Source: Selaginella moellendorffii
Lineage: Eukaryota; Plantae; Lycopodiophyta
Reading direction: 5' to 3'
Assembly: GCF_000143415.4 (NCBI RefSeq)
Contig: NW_003314314.1
Span: 70,318 to 134,317, forward strand
DNA: 64,000 nucleotides
A program made the position numbers and the translations under genes. The notes under the pieces are model-generated. The model did not search any database and was not told the DNA's origin. It saw only the letters and a program-made list of their open reading frames with translations. Shown piece by piece: positions 23,331 to 35,816 of this stretch; position 1 is the first letter of the stretch, and each line of letters begins with the position of its first letter.

Positions 23331-26300
23331 TCTAATCCCTTTCGATCCATAGTTGTTGTCGCGAATGTGACTTCGGGTATCGAAAGTTACCTGTCGACTA
23401 GTTCTTACGGACACTCTTACCTTACTGCCACGATGGTAGGAAGTCGGTATTGCTGGGCCTGTTATTAGTCTCCGCCTAAGCTAGTTGAGAAACTGGTCTT
23501 CGCGTGTGCACTTGACCAGATGGGCATAAGGACGGAATTCCTATGTGCTATTTGTCAAGCATACTTGACTTGGTTAGAGAAACTCATTCGTTGATTTGCA
23601 TTTGTTAGTTTTGGGAACCCCCGTGATATTGAGATTGGTCCCTCAATATTGCTAGATGATAGCTTACCGTGTTTGCCAAACACCCTCGCTATCATGCCCT
23701 TTGTGTTAGTCTCATTTCGGTCCCAAATGCTATTTATGGAAAGTGTTCAGATTTGCTCATTTGGCATATCTACGGAATGTAGAGATCGGTCTGAACACAA
23801 TGGTGTTTGTCCCATGTCCAAATTCACAATCTAAGGACATTCCATATTTAGTAAGTTTCGAGCTTGTCCCAGAGACTAACTCCTGAAATAGCGCCAAAAT
23901 AGCGCCAGATTCGGTTTGGCTCCGTTTTGTGTGCTGGTCCTGGCATTGGAATGTTGGTTACTCTAGAACTGTTCCAAGTCGCTCCGGGCTCCTGTCCCTT
24001 CGCTCCTTGGGCTTTATGTTCAGAAGTTGCTCTGTGGTTCGGTTCTATCACTCCTTAGCTCCACGCTTGGGAGTTTGGCACCGTTCCTTCCCCAAGGCGC
24101 TGAACCTCGGGTTCCTATGGACACGTGGCATAGACACATGGCATGTGACATGTGGCATCTGTCACATTTCACAAAGAGGGTTTAGGTTCCGCTTCGTGGT
24201 GTTATCCTATGGTAAATCACCATAGGATAAAGGGTCAAAACCACGTGCGCTACATTTAGTATCAGATGATGAATCTCAGCGAGTACTATTCAATGAGATT
24301 GGGCAACTAGTCTCGTTGCATACGCAGAGATGAAAACGATGATCCGAGTGGGTACACGTTTGGTGCAAAGGGTTCACAATCGTTCCTTGGGTATGGTTTT
24401 GGTTATCTTTTGTACCTAATAATGTGAGCTTGCTCTTGGGCTCATAGGATGGATTTGAGATGCTCCATTAGCACGAGTTTACCCTTGGGCTCGTGTGTGA
24501 GGCATATTAGCAACTCAAGGTTACGTTTTGAGTTGGCAGGATTAATGTTAGCCTATCGGTCGTTCCATGGGTTGTTCCAATGGTTCTATGAGTTGTTCCA
24601 TGTACCATGGGTAAAAGCAAACCTTCTCTGGGTTTGCTATGAGTGGCAAATATGCTAATCCATAGCTGTTTAGCATGGCACTAGTGGATCCTTCTTAGGC
24701 ATGGTTACAAGTGGATCAATCAAGACTGTAGGGATTAATCTATTGGTTCAAGTAGTTATTGCCGTGCTTTCTTATAAACTTCTCTTGGATTGGACTGAAG
24801 GCAGTGTGAAAGCAAGCTTGAGGTGTAGTTAAAGATAAGACCGAAAGGAGAGTCATCAGGGACGAAGGATCAAACACGTAAATCATGTTCTCTTCTTGGA
24901 GAGATGATTCGCAACGAGGTGTGACCCATTGCCCGTATTCACATCATGCAATCAAGAGCCCCTACCTTGATGCATGTTGGAAATGATGGTTTTGTAAATG
25001 GTGAGTCATGGGATGGATAGCAGTGAAGTGCTAAACCATTTTGTCTAGGCTTGCTATTAGAAGACTTGGGTTGCAATGCTCAATTCTTTTCTGGGAAACT
25101 TTGCTATTGCTCCTTGAGTAGCTTGGTGTTGGATTAGTTTTGAGTTTGTTCGGAAAGAGAGTGGCATGAGTTTGTCTGTGTTGTGAACAAAAGTTAGTGG
25201 TTTTGGGTGTTGTAAATCGCTATCAGTGGAGTGTGGCATTTATGTTACATTTTGTCGAATCGAGTTGACACTTGATACTCACATAAACTTTTGTAGTAAT
25301 GACATTGGCATTGCTCATTATGTTACTCAATTTATGATCAAATCATTGTGATACTTATATCATATCCATGTGATAATGAGCGATGTGTTTACGAAGTTGC
25401 TTGGTTAAACGATGATCAACCCCAAAGTGGTTGATGGTGAAGCTAGTCTACTTGCACGAAGTAGCATTGTAGTAGCTTTGACTGGATTCTCGATGGTGGT
25501 CCATTATGCTAAGCTTAAGTTGGTTCTTTGGTTCCTTGAGGATTTGCCCATAAGGTGTTGGAAAAAGGGTTGTAGCATTCATTTACTATAGCTCATTAGT
25601 TCATCTGTTAACACTTGAAGTAAATTGTTGGATAGAGAAGGTGTGAGGTTGAGGCATTGACATTACTAACATTTGTGTTAGTGGAAGTGGCATTGTTATT
25701 TTAAGTGATGAGGAAGTTTCTTTAGAGCTTGATTTTCCATGTCATTTTTCTTGTTAGTGTTTTAGTTTCACATTGAATCTTGAAAGTGGTTGAAGAAGAG
25801 TGTTAGTGCAATGTGGATATCCGAAGATGTGGTCTTCGTGATCAAGCCTTAGATGTTCCATTTGCATTTTACGGATGTTGGTGTTGGATGTCAAAAGAAT
25901 GGGCAAAAAGATGTTCAAGGCTTAAGCATACTATGGGTCATGAGAATTTGTGTTGGGGTGAACCTATGTGAAGTTGTTAATAGGAGGAAGTTGGTTGAGT
26001 CTTGAAAGTTTGTATTCCTAGACTGAGAGTCATTCTTTCTCTAGAATGGAAATTTTCTACAAATTTTCTTAGACTTATCCAATAGCTGATCTGTTGATCA
26101 CTTTGCTCGAAAGCCATTCTATTTTCGTAAGTCAGTACAAACTAGTGAAAGGGTTGGAGTTGATATTACTAACATTTGTGTTAGTGGAAGTGGCATTGTT
26201 ATTTTAAGTGATGAGGAAGTTTCCTTAGAGTTTGATTTTCCATGTCATTTTTCTTGTTAGTGTTTTAGTTTCACATTGAATCTTGAAAGTGGTTGAAGAA

Positions 26301-27345
26301 GAGTAATAGTGCAATGTGGATATCTGAAGATGTGGTCTTCGTGATCAAGCCTTGTTGATCTGTTGATCAAATAGTTAATCTGTTGATCACTTTGCTCGAA
26401 AACCATTCCGTTTTTGTAAGCCAGTACAAACTAGTGAAAGGGTTGGAGTTGACTTCAGTTGGCTTAGACCTTAGTAAGTAATTTGTATGATGCAGCTTGA
26501 AAGGGATGCTGACTTTTGGGGCTAAGGCAATTGAGTTGGATAGAGTCTAAAGTTAGTGTAGAAAAGTGGCCGTTGCACTTTTCCAGAAAGGTGACCCTTG
26601 TGCCTTTCTTTTGTAGCGTTCTGCTTGGTGGCAAGTTGCACTTTGCATTTCGTTAGACTCTATGAGAGTAGTGAGCTCTCACTGATCTTGACTTGGTCTT
26701 GGTGGCCCTACGCCTTGGTTAAGGATGGTGATGTTCAACTTAGTTGTTTGTAGTTGAGATGTTGGTACCTATACTATAGCTTTATTTAAGTGGAGGTTGT
26801 GTACCGATATGAGTCCATCTCGTAGTCTTCTCTTTAGTTTCGACTAAATGTTGATTACGCATAGCTAGCCTCTTCAAGGCATGCTCAGAGCCGTTGGCTA
26901 AATAAGCTCTATTTCGTTAAAGTGGGAATTGTCATTATCCCACTTGTAAAATAAGGTTTCCAAACCTTTATATAGTATATAAATATAACAAAATTCAACT
27001 GCATTGAGGCACATGCCATTTTATTTTAAACAAGGAAATGTCTACTCAATCACTTCTCCTCCCCCTGCCACTGCTTCACCTTTCTCTTCTCCTTGTCATC
27101 ATCGTCCAATTTCTTTCCATCCTTTTAATATTGGCTCAGTTGCTCCGAGTCTAGGTGGAGCCCAAGTCCCCATTCAATCTTTACTTTCCCCTTATTAATA
27201 AAACAACTTCGTAGACTTCCAATAACATGTTGTAACACTTCTAGTATAATGCAAATCCTCTCAAAGAATTGTCTTTTAATATTAATACAATGGCATGGAA
27301 CCCCATGCCATAATAAGTTACATTTTTAAATAAATACATGCCATC

Positions 27346-28208
27346 TCAGACTGTTATTTTTTGCCTCCAACGCCTATACAATAATCTTGGAATTTCATCA
27401 CTCTCCACACTATCAGGATTTAAACCCAATAGTAATGCCATCTCTTCTCTAATATGTCCACGCTCATGTTCAGTGGTCGAAGAACCCATCCGGTTGAGCA
27501 GATTATGGAGATGCAGATAGTGCTTGGCTAGACAATATACATGCCATAAATGATGACTGGTGTCTGTCCGATCAAATGGCTTCTGATATACCGTTCCATC
27601 TGCCATTTGGTTGATTTCTGCAGCCACCTCCTGGACTGGCCGGTTCTCTATCACCATCGCTTCAAGCCGTTTTGCAAGGTCCCCCAGAACATACGGTTTC
27701 TTCTCCCTAGTTTCCATACTGCAAGAGATGGGGTGCACTGCATATGTGTGCGTGTTAGCTGCAGTTTTAATCGGCGAGTCATCGATGATGAGGATTTCAC
27801 TTGACCTAGCAGTTCGGTTCATCACTACAGCCTCTGGCTTGACGAAGATGGGCTTGCTACCCCTCACATGGACCATAGTCAAGCAATCCTCCTGCGTTAG
27901 GAGAAAGTCAAATGGTAATATTACTTGCGTCTGATCATGCATCATCTGTAGCAACGTTAATGCATTGTGGCGCATCATAGATGTCCAAACTCCCAATTGC
28001 AAATTGAACCCGGCCCTCTGTTTTAAGTGTCGCATGGTCATTATTAGATCCCGCAGTTTCTCCAGTGTGATTAATGTGAATCTGTCTCTTTTGACCAACT
28101 TGCGACCGCAGGCTTTGGAGGGTGCAGTGACATTCGAGGACGAGCCACGCTCATGGGAGAAAAGGACACCGTTCAGATCAAAAACGATACAGTACTTTCG
28201 CCGTGACT
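27346..28208 (-). CDS. FCP1/NIF-like HAD-superfamily phosphatase domain (last exon of cargo gene)
   Basis: HAD motif I CIVFDLNGVL, motif II GVWTS, motif III FVK, motif IV IIDDSPIK. Confidence 0.75.
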
Positions 28209-31200
28209 CTGAAATGAAATGCGTCAGCATAAAAAATGGTACAAGTCAATTTTACCATCTACAATATTAGCGAATGGTGCTCCCGATGGTCATTCAGAGG
28301 GTTTTGGTCGAGGAAACGTGAAGGGCGGAAATACTCTCCTCTGCAATGTGGGGTCAATCGCATCCGATGGCGTGTGGGCACATGCCATTTCAGCTGTAGA
28401 CTCTGGTACAACTGGCTCAACAGTGGCATGGGGTGGTTCCGATGGCGTGTGATCACACGCCATTTCAGCTGGTGCCTCCGTTGGCAAAGTGGACATGACC
28501 GAACAGGCAGCAGGGGCGGTGTAGGGAGGTTCCAACGGCGCGTAGTCAGACGATTGGGCACACGTTGAGTCCGTTGGAAATGAGGATATGACCGGCTCGG
28601 CGGCTGGGGCGGCCTCATGCGGGTCCAATGGCGCCTGGTCACCGTCAGTTGGATACGTGGACAAGATTGACTCAGTGGTATGGGCAGCATCAAGTGGAGC
28701 GTGGTCAGCTTACTTGGCGTTGATATGGATAGTAGCCTCCACTAGCTCTGATGACTCTTGCAAGCAAGTAGAGTCCACTGGCGGATCCATATGCATGTCC
28801 AAATATCTCCCTTCGATTGAGATGGTATCCTCCCTACTGGCTACTAAAAACAAACTCATTAGCACATTGAATCGACTATACTGTATTTACCATCAACTGC
28901 TATTGGGCGCACTGCTGATTCTGAAGGATTGGACATACGTTTCGACCCTTGCTTGGCACTATCCTTCCTCGACACTAAAGGCTAGAGTTTGTATCTTAAT
29001 TCAACTGAATAATCTCTACTTACCATTTCTTCTGCGACCTACATGGACAATGTTAGAAATGGTAAAAGGTTAGGAATGGATGTACTATTATTTACCTGAT
29101 GGTTTGTCTTGTATGACCTTCCTCCGCTGCTCTTTGGCCACCTCAGGCTGGCCATCGTCGTCATCATTGTCATCGTCGTTATTGTGATCGTCACCATTGT
29201 GAGGACCATCCAAGTCCTCTTCGTCCTCCTCTTCTTCGTCCTCCTCTTCTTTGTCCTCCTCTTCGTCCTTCTGCTCTTCCTGCTCATTATCTTTCTCTGG
29301 CTCCTCATCCCCCTCCTGCATTTCTTCCATAGGCTGCTCAGGCTGGATGGCTTGTTTTTCCAGGACCATCTTGCGAAAATCATCTGGCCGAGTCTCCATC
29401 TCAAAATACAAGACATCCATAGCCTGTTTCAGTGCTTGACCTAGGACCGTATCCTCACCCGACTGTCTTAACATGGTTTCTGCACGTTCTTGCACCCTTC
29501 AAAGACGACGAGATGAGAAAAACGTGGCCCTGACTTGAAAAGCATCCCTCATCCATTATACCTCTCCATTGAGATTGGGGAAGGGGAGTCCGCCATAGGA
29601 ATCTGAGTCAGGAGGTGGTGACTGGCTCCTTTCACTCAGCCCTTGATCTGCAATGAATGGCATGAGCACACACGCCATAACCACGAGGCATTACCTATCA
29701 TCTTTTTGTTGCCCTTCTTCCTTTTTGAATCAAACGCCTCTGATCCCGACGACTGTCCAACGTGCTTTCGCTTTTTATGACCACTGTCAGTTTGAGCTTG
29801 GCTGGTGCTTGCCTGTTTTGCCTTTGAAGAAGTGTCTCCTGCAAGGAATGGCATGAGACCACACGCCATTGCAAATATAATTTGTACCTCCTTTTTTCCT
29901 ATTGCTTGTCTGTTTGTCCTTCTTCAACGCGCCACCAGTGCGCTTTTCAGTCCTCGTGTCTGAATATTCACAACGATCTATAATCAAAATGGCGTGAGGC
30001 CTCACGTGACCTTACCTTGTGCAAGTTGTGAGCTCGGCTTAACATCAGTAGCTGTTAACGCCGTTTCAGCATCTGGGGGTGGCCACGCTCCTGCATACAG
30101 AGCTTGTGAGATAACATTTAAACTTAAAGTGCGTACTCACCAGGTTCGCAGAGAAGATACTGTTTTTCTTTGGCAACTGTAATTATATGCTCCATTGAAG
30201 TCACCTCTTCAATGGAGTTTGTCACCGCAACACACGGGACACCCTTGAGTAGTGCGGCTTGAAAGAATAGTCCGCCGCAGTTGTACTCGACAACGCATTT
30301 GCCCTTGGTGTCACCCGCTATTGCGTTGAAGACCCAGCTGAGCATTTCCCATGCTGCACCTGGAGCTTTCTTTGGATTCGAAAGCTCCATAGCCGTCTTC
30401 AGTTCCTCAGGCACGGGTAAATTGACCTCCCTCAGATCAATTCGATTGGCCTTGTCGAATGAAGCTAGGAAGTCACTCCAGTCCCACTCTGTTGCAGGAC
30501 CAATAACAAGGGCGATTGTGAAGATGCGGACATTCGTCGGTATCTTCTTCTTAGCCATTATCCCATGGATCTCCCGCATCTCCTTGCCTTTCAACCGAGC
30601 CTTCACCTCGTTCAAGGCCTTCCAGAACTTGTGATAGGATACGGAGTCGTAGATCATATAGTGGACTGAAGATTCCACCTCCGCAAGTCCCACCATTAAG
30701 TCAATGATGGAGCTGACTTCGTCTGCATGAGTGATCTCTTCGTTTGTGAAGTCCATCACACAAAAGATGCTCTTGACCTGCTCATCTCCGCGGGAAACGA
30801 TGCTCCTCCACCTTTGATCCTCATCCGAATTCACGTATACCCGGTAAGGTTCTCAATAGGCCTCTGCTGCGGGGTCGAGCTGTTTCTGAAGCCGGCGGTC
30901 GACATCCCTCTTAATGAAATTTGGATACTGATCCAACTTCTCAGCTTTACTTTTCGTGGCATCCCGCAGCAGATCGATGAACTTGGGGGCCCCCTTCACG
31001 TACTCGTCGATGTCTTCATTTGACAAGTCCAGCTCTTCCATCATCTCTTGCGTGGTGTCGATGCTCACCCTCTCCATGGCCACTTGCTTGAAGATCCAAT
31101 CCTTCAATAGCGCACGAGCTCTCAGAGTTGTGCACAAGTCCTCGTATGTCACAATATGGCCGGGAGTCATTTTGGTCTTGTTGAAGACTACCTCACCACG

Positions 31201-32924
31201 TAGAAGAGCATTATCCACTGTCAGAAGGTCGTCGTCGTCTAGAGACCGCGAGAAACGCAAGGCGTTGAGCTTCAAATCATTGGGCTTCCGGCCGTCCTCC
31301 ACACCCATTGAGTTTAGCAACTCCCCGTCATGGTACCTCCTCAGCACATCTACCCATTTGTCAAAAAAAACTTTTGTCGCGAGTAGAATGTTATGGATGC
31401 TGAGTGTGTCATTGACCCCCAGTGTTTTCGAGAGAAGACTCAAGAATTCCTGCAATGGAAATGGCGTGAGGCCACATGCTATGCCACATGCAACGAGGCT
31501 TACCTGCCAGGCGCTAGTTGCTAGTGCACGTCTTTGTCCTGGTTTTTGTGGCTTCTTCAGTTGAACCCAGAGCTTCCGTGTTCGTGCCAATGTCTCGTGC
31601 AGACCCGATTTGTAGCACGTTTCTTGCTTGACATTCTGCGCGTGGGAGATGGATATGATAGATCAGAGGGGCGAGTTGCCTTTTATCAGGCGGACAACTC
31701 TTGTCTTGAAGACTTTCTTCACCTCCTCGCCCACTATAATATCCAGAACTATCTCTTGCATCGCCAAGCTAGAATGCTGCCCGGAGATGGCATAGAACCG
31801 GATGTTCTGATCGTCCAACACCTTCCTATTGATCAAGTTTGGAAACCTCGTCTCGCCCTTCATTGTTTGGTAGTAGGGGATCACGTCTGCGATGTCGGGT
31901 GTTACTAGACTTGCCAGCATCTTCTGCTTCAGTTTCTCCACCCACTCATCAGATACTAGCCTGTGATTGTATTTGCTTTGGATGTCGATATGGCTCACGT
32001 CGATTGTATATACTTTGTTGGAATAGTAACAAGTACTATTATCTGCGACGATTTTTGCTGCCTCTTCTTGCTCTTTCTGCTCTTTGCGGCTCTTCTTTTT
32101 GGTGGGTGTAGTGTTTGAACCCGAGGCAATGGCATCACCGAGTAGCTTCTTTTTTGGAGCAGCAGAGTCGGACGTCGGCTTGAGCTTGACCACCCTTTTC
32201 TGCTTCGGGGTAGTTTCCAGATTGACCCCCTTCCCCTTCGCTTCGCGAACTGGAGGCACTCTCAGCGGCTCAATGTTGGAATATAGTTTTTGAACATCGC
32301 CGTAGGTGAGGTCCGTGGATTCCATATGATCTTCATAGACCCGCAGCGTCTTTGAAATTGTGGGCCTCCTGGACAACCTCTCCCTAGCTCCCTCTAGGAA
32401 TTCCTCATAGCCGCTGCCCCCCTCCGGGAAGCCGCTAGGATGTGCAAGGTGGATCTTGAAGGCGGACGCTGTCTCTACCACAAGTGCCAGTCCATATTCT
32501 TGCATGGAACTGCATGGAGTGTCTGTCACTTGGATGAGGATCCCCATGCATTCTTTTCTCCCACCATCTGTGTTGTACAGCCTCAGATCCTCGCCTTCCA
32601 TCCCGAAAGTCCAACTGGTGAACTCCTCCCCCTTCTCTGCATCCACATTGACAGTGGCTGGAAGAAGAACGCAATTCCTCGCCTGTTCAGAAATGCACAA
32701 CAATTAGAGCTGACAGATGAAAAGCTAGCAGCTGGAAATAACGTGAGGCCACACGCCATTCACCACTGCATCAGATGTCTTGAGGCTGCATCCTAAGATG
32801 GCGTGAGGCTACACGCCATCTGTAACCGGACTGCACTCGAGAGCCCAATCGGTGCATGCCAATGTTGTTACTGAATGGCATGTGGCCTCATGCCATTTTC
32901 TACTTGGCCTAAAAGACTTACCAT
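27346..32924 (-). pseudogene. Transposon cargo gene (multi-exon): ParB-like domain, degenerate N6/N4 methyltransferase-like region, basic/acidic linker, C-terminal FCP1-like HAD phosphatase domain
   Basis: ATG 32922-32924; GT-AG introns 32683-32921, 31450-31503, 30091-30140, 29978-30015, 29839-29887, 29648-29694, 28209-28255 (exons between ~28700 and 29095 less certain); ORFs 31663-32703, 30853-31590 and 30124-30834 share a frame, separated by single TGA codons; motifs FYAISGQHS, ISHAQN, VVEYNCGG, FDLNGVL, VWTS, IIDDSP. Confidence 0.7.
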
Positions 32925-34511
32925 TTGAAGCCGAATGGAGGCCGTGACAATCGAGGCCGGACTCGTTGGCGAATGTGCATTGTGTGTGCAGCGGATCGTA
33001 GCAGCAAGGCTACTCTGCCACTTACAGTTGGAGAGTGGCGCTGAAATCTTCCGAGACGCCAAGTGGGCTGGCTGCGTGTGGGTGGCGGAGTGGGCGGCGG
33101 AGTTGGCGGCGAAGTTACAAACTGGGTGTGTCTTGAAGTGGACGCCGATGCACACGAGCGCAATGCGAGCGCGAGTGTGATGCAAGCGCGAGTGGACGCC
33201 GATGCACACGAGAAACCTGTAGAGAAGTGAGCGTGATCGCGAGTGGGAGCGCGATGCGAGCGGGAGCGCGAGTGTGATGCGAGCGCGAGCGCGAGTACGA
33301 AGCAAAATGCAAAACCTAACCTCACACGCGCGAAATGTCACAACAGTTGGTAATCCCGCCACGTCATCATTCCTCGGACTTGGGCGCCACCATTAATTTC
33401 TGGATTGCCGTGCGCATGCAAGCACGCAAAATCCAAAAGAAATCCGCAACGTCATCATTCCTCGGACTGCATGCACGCGAAATCCAAAAGAAAGATCATG
33501 ATTGGGATATCATTTAATACCCTCGTTATATTTATACCATGCATGATTGGATATTCCAAAGCATCTTGTATTTCCAAAAATGCCAGATGTTCAGCTAAAT
33601 AAAGAAATTCTATCTGTTTCTATTTTTCTCTCAAATCAATATTATAGCGTGTGGGCTCATGCAATTTTGAACCAAAGAAACCCAAAAAACGTTGGACCCA
33701 AAATATTTTGAAAAAACCCAAAAAACCCTAAACATTTTAAACCCAAAAATCTAAGCGTCCTGTGGTGTTATTCCTTGAATGGCGTGTAGGCGCATGCCAT
33801 TTTCAGGGCCAAATGCTGAATGGAGAAAAATTCCCTTTCAGTGCAAATGCTGCAAGAGGCAGATGCTGAGCACAAAGGACTATAACTACCTCACATGACA
33901 CAGATAAACTTTTCTCTATTTGGCAAAGATAAACTTTATAGCGTGTGGGCTCATGCAATTTTGAACCCAAAAAATGCACCAAAAAATTCTCGGCGTCATC
34001 TGGCGTTATCTCTTGAATGGCGTGGGGCCGCATGCCATTTTCAGGGGCACATAGGAGTATATTCCTAGGATATTCTGACACGCGCGAGATTTTTTTGAGT
34101 TTTCTGGAGATCCAACCGTTAGATCGCAACTAGATTTTACAGAATGGTATACAATGTCTTTCTTGATGACCCTGCAAATAAGCATCTCGATCGGACACCA
34201 CATGAGACCACACGAGCCTTACAATGTTTCAGGGGCATTTGCCATAGATCCGACCGTTATTTTGCTCCAAGATTTTACAGTTTGGTGTGCATTGACCTTT
34301 CCATCGACACTGCAAAGGGACATCACAATCAGATGCGGGATCACAAGAAACTAACTTCACTAACTCTGGTTTCACCAAGATCTACGTAAGGAGTTATTAA
34401 ATGAAAGGACCCTCTCTATTGAAATGTGTTTATGGTCCTAGGGGCATTGTGACATATCAAAGGATTTTGCATCAAGTTCTGTATTTGCATGTTTATCAAG
34501 CTACTGAATTG

Positions 34512-34530
34512 CTAAACCCTAAACCCTAAA
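34512..34530 (+). promoter_or_regulatory. Telo-box-like (AAACCCTA)n in the divergent intergenic region
   Basis: CTAAACCCTAAACCCTAAA between the cargo gene and the transposase. Confidence 0.4.
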
Positions 34531-35816
34531 CATGTGGCAAATGCTGCGTGAAGAAAGATGCCCTTTCTGGGCAAATGCTGTAAGAGGCAGATGCCGAGCA
34601 GATGTATCTCAGGCTAGCGAAGGGGACAAACGAAAGCTAGCTATAAACATGACGGGATACAAATAGATTACTAGGCTGGTCCTGCGAAAATCAAAAACCA
34701 TAATGGAAAACATTGAAAATGCAAAAAGAAAGGTTTATAATATTTTTGAATTTTAAGCAACCAAAGGAATGTATGTGTTTGTAAGTTTAAAAATGCCTCA
34801 ACCACTTAAATTCCCAAGTAAATAAAGCTGTTTCTATTTTTGGTACAGGTAAACTTTATAACGTGTGGGCTCATGCAATTTTGAACCCAAAAATGCACCA
34901 AAAAATGCTCGACTAGCATTATTCTTTGAATGGCGTGTGGCCTTATATTGCCATAAATGGACGTACACACAGAGCATAATTATTCCTTTACACAGCGAAT
35001 AATCTTGGCGCGGATCGCTGACATGGCATGGCAAAGTTCGAATCACTGACATGGCACAGCTGGATCAAGGCAAGGACATGATGTGACAAAGTTCAACCTC
35101 CGACAGCAAAGTCTAGAAGCTACTCAGTTTGAAATTTGTCAGAGGAGTCATAAGATCTGGTTTGTCAGAGGATTTGATGTGACATTCAAGCGTGTGTTAT
35201 TTTTGAATTCTCGAACTCATTCCTAGGTCTATCATTTTTGTGCGCCGTGTTCTTGGTTCCGCTGAGCGCAGTGAGCGCTGCTTGTGTAAGCGGCGTTGTG
35301 GGCTGTGGTTTATGCGTCTACGAGCGGTTGCGGCATTGCGAGCGCCATTGCGAGCGGCAGTTTATGCGAGTGGCAGTTTGTGCGAGCAGCGCTACGAGCA
35401 GTTGCGGTGTTGTGAGCGGCGCTATGAGTAGTTGCGGTGTTGCGAGCGGCACTGTCTTTGGTGTGGCTACCGCTTCCTCTTGATATTCGGCACTTGTGCT
35501 TCCTGGTATGTTCACCATGGAATGGCTTAGGACCACATTTAGAAATGGCATGACGCCACATGCCATCTTGGGCCCTTGCAATTTCATGGCTAGCATATTG
35601 TCATGTATGTTTTTACTTGCCTACAGCTGTGTGTATATCAAGATGACATGAGGCCTCATGCCAATTTTGTGAATGCAAAATTTCACGTAGGTGTCAATAG
35701 CATGTTTGAATAATGACATGTGGCCTCATGCTATTGAGGTTGTTTGGTATGTTATGATTTAGGCCATTCTCCAATCATTTTTTGTATGGTCTTAACTTCT
35801 TTTCTGCACTTTCAGA

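Noticed and set aside
26163-26400. Separate insertion in family A copy 2
   Set aside because: It is a local ~190-bp duplication of ~25660-25850 with filler, not a new element.
26899-26905. 5-bp TSD TAAAT for the DNA transposon
   Set aside because: It would make the TIRs asymmetric; 4-bp AAAT gives symmetric 24-bp TIRs and fits Sola1.
34512-34530. Telomere or chromosome-healing site
   Set aside because: Fewer than three repeat units and internal to a transposon; at most a telo-box.
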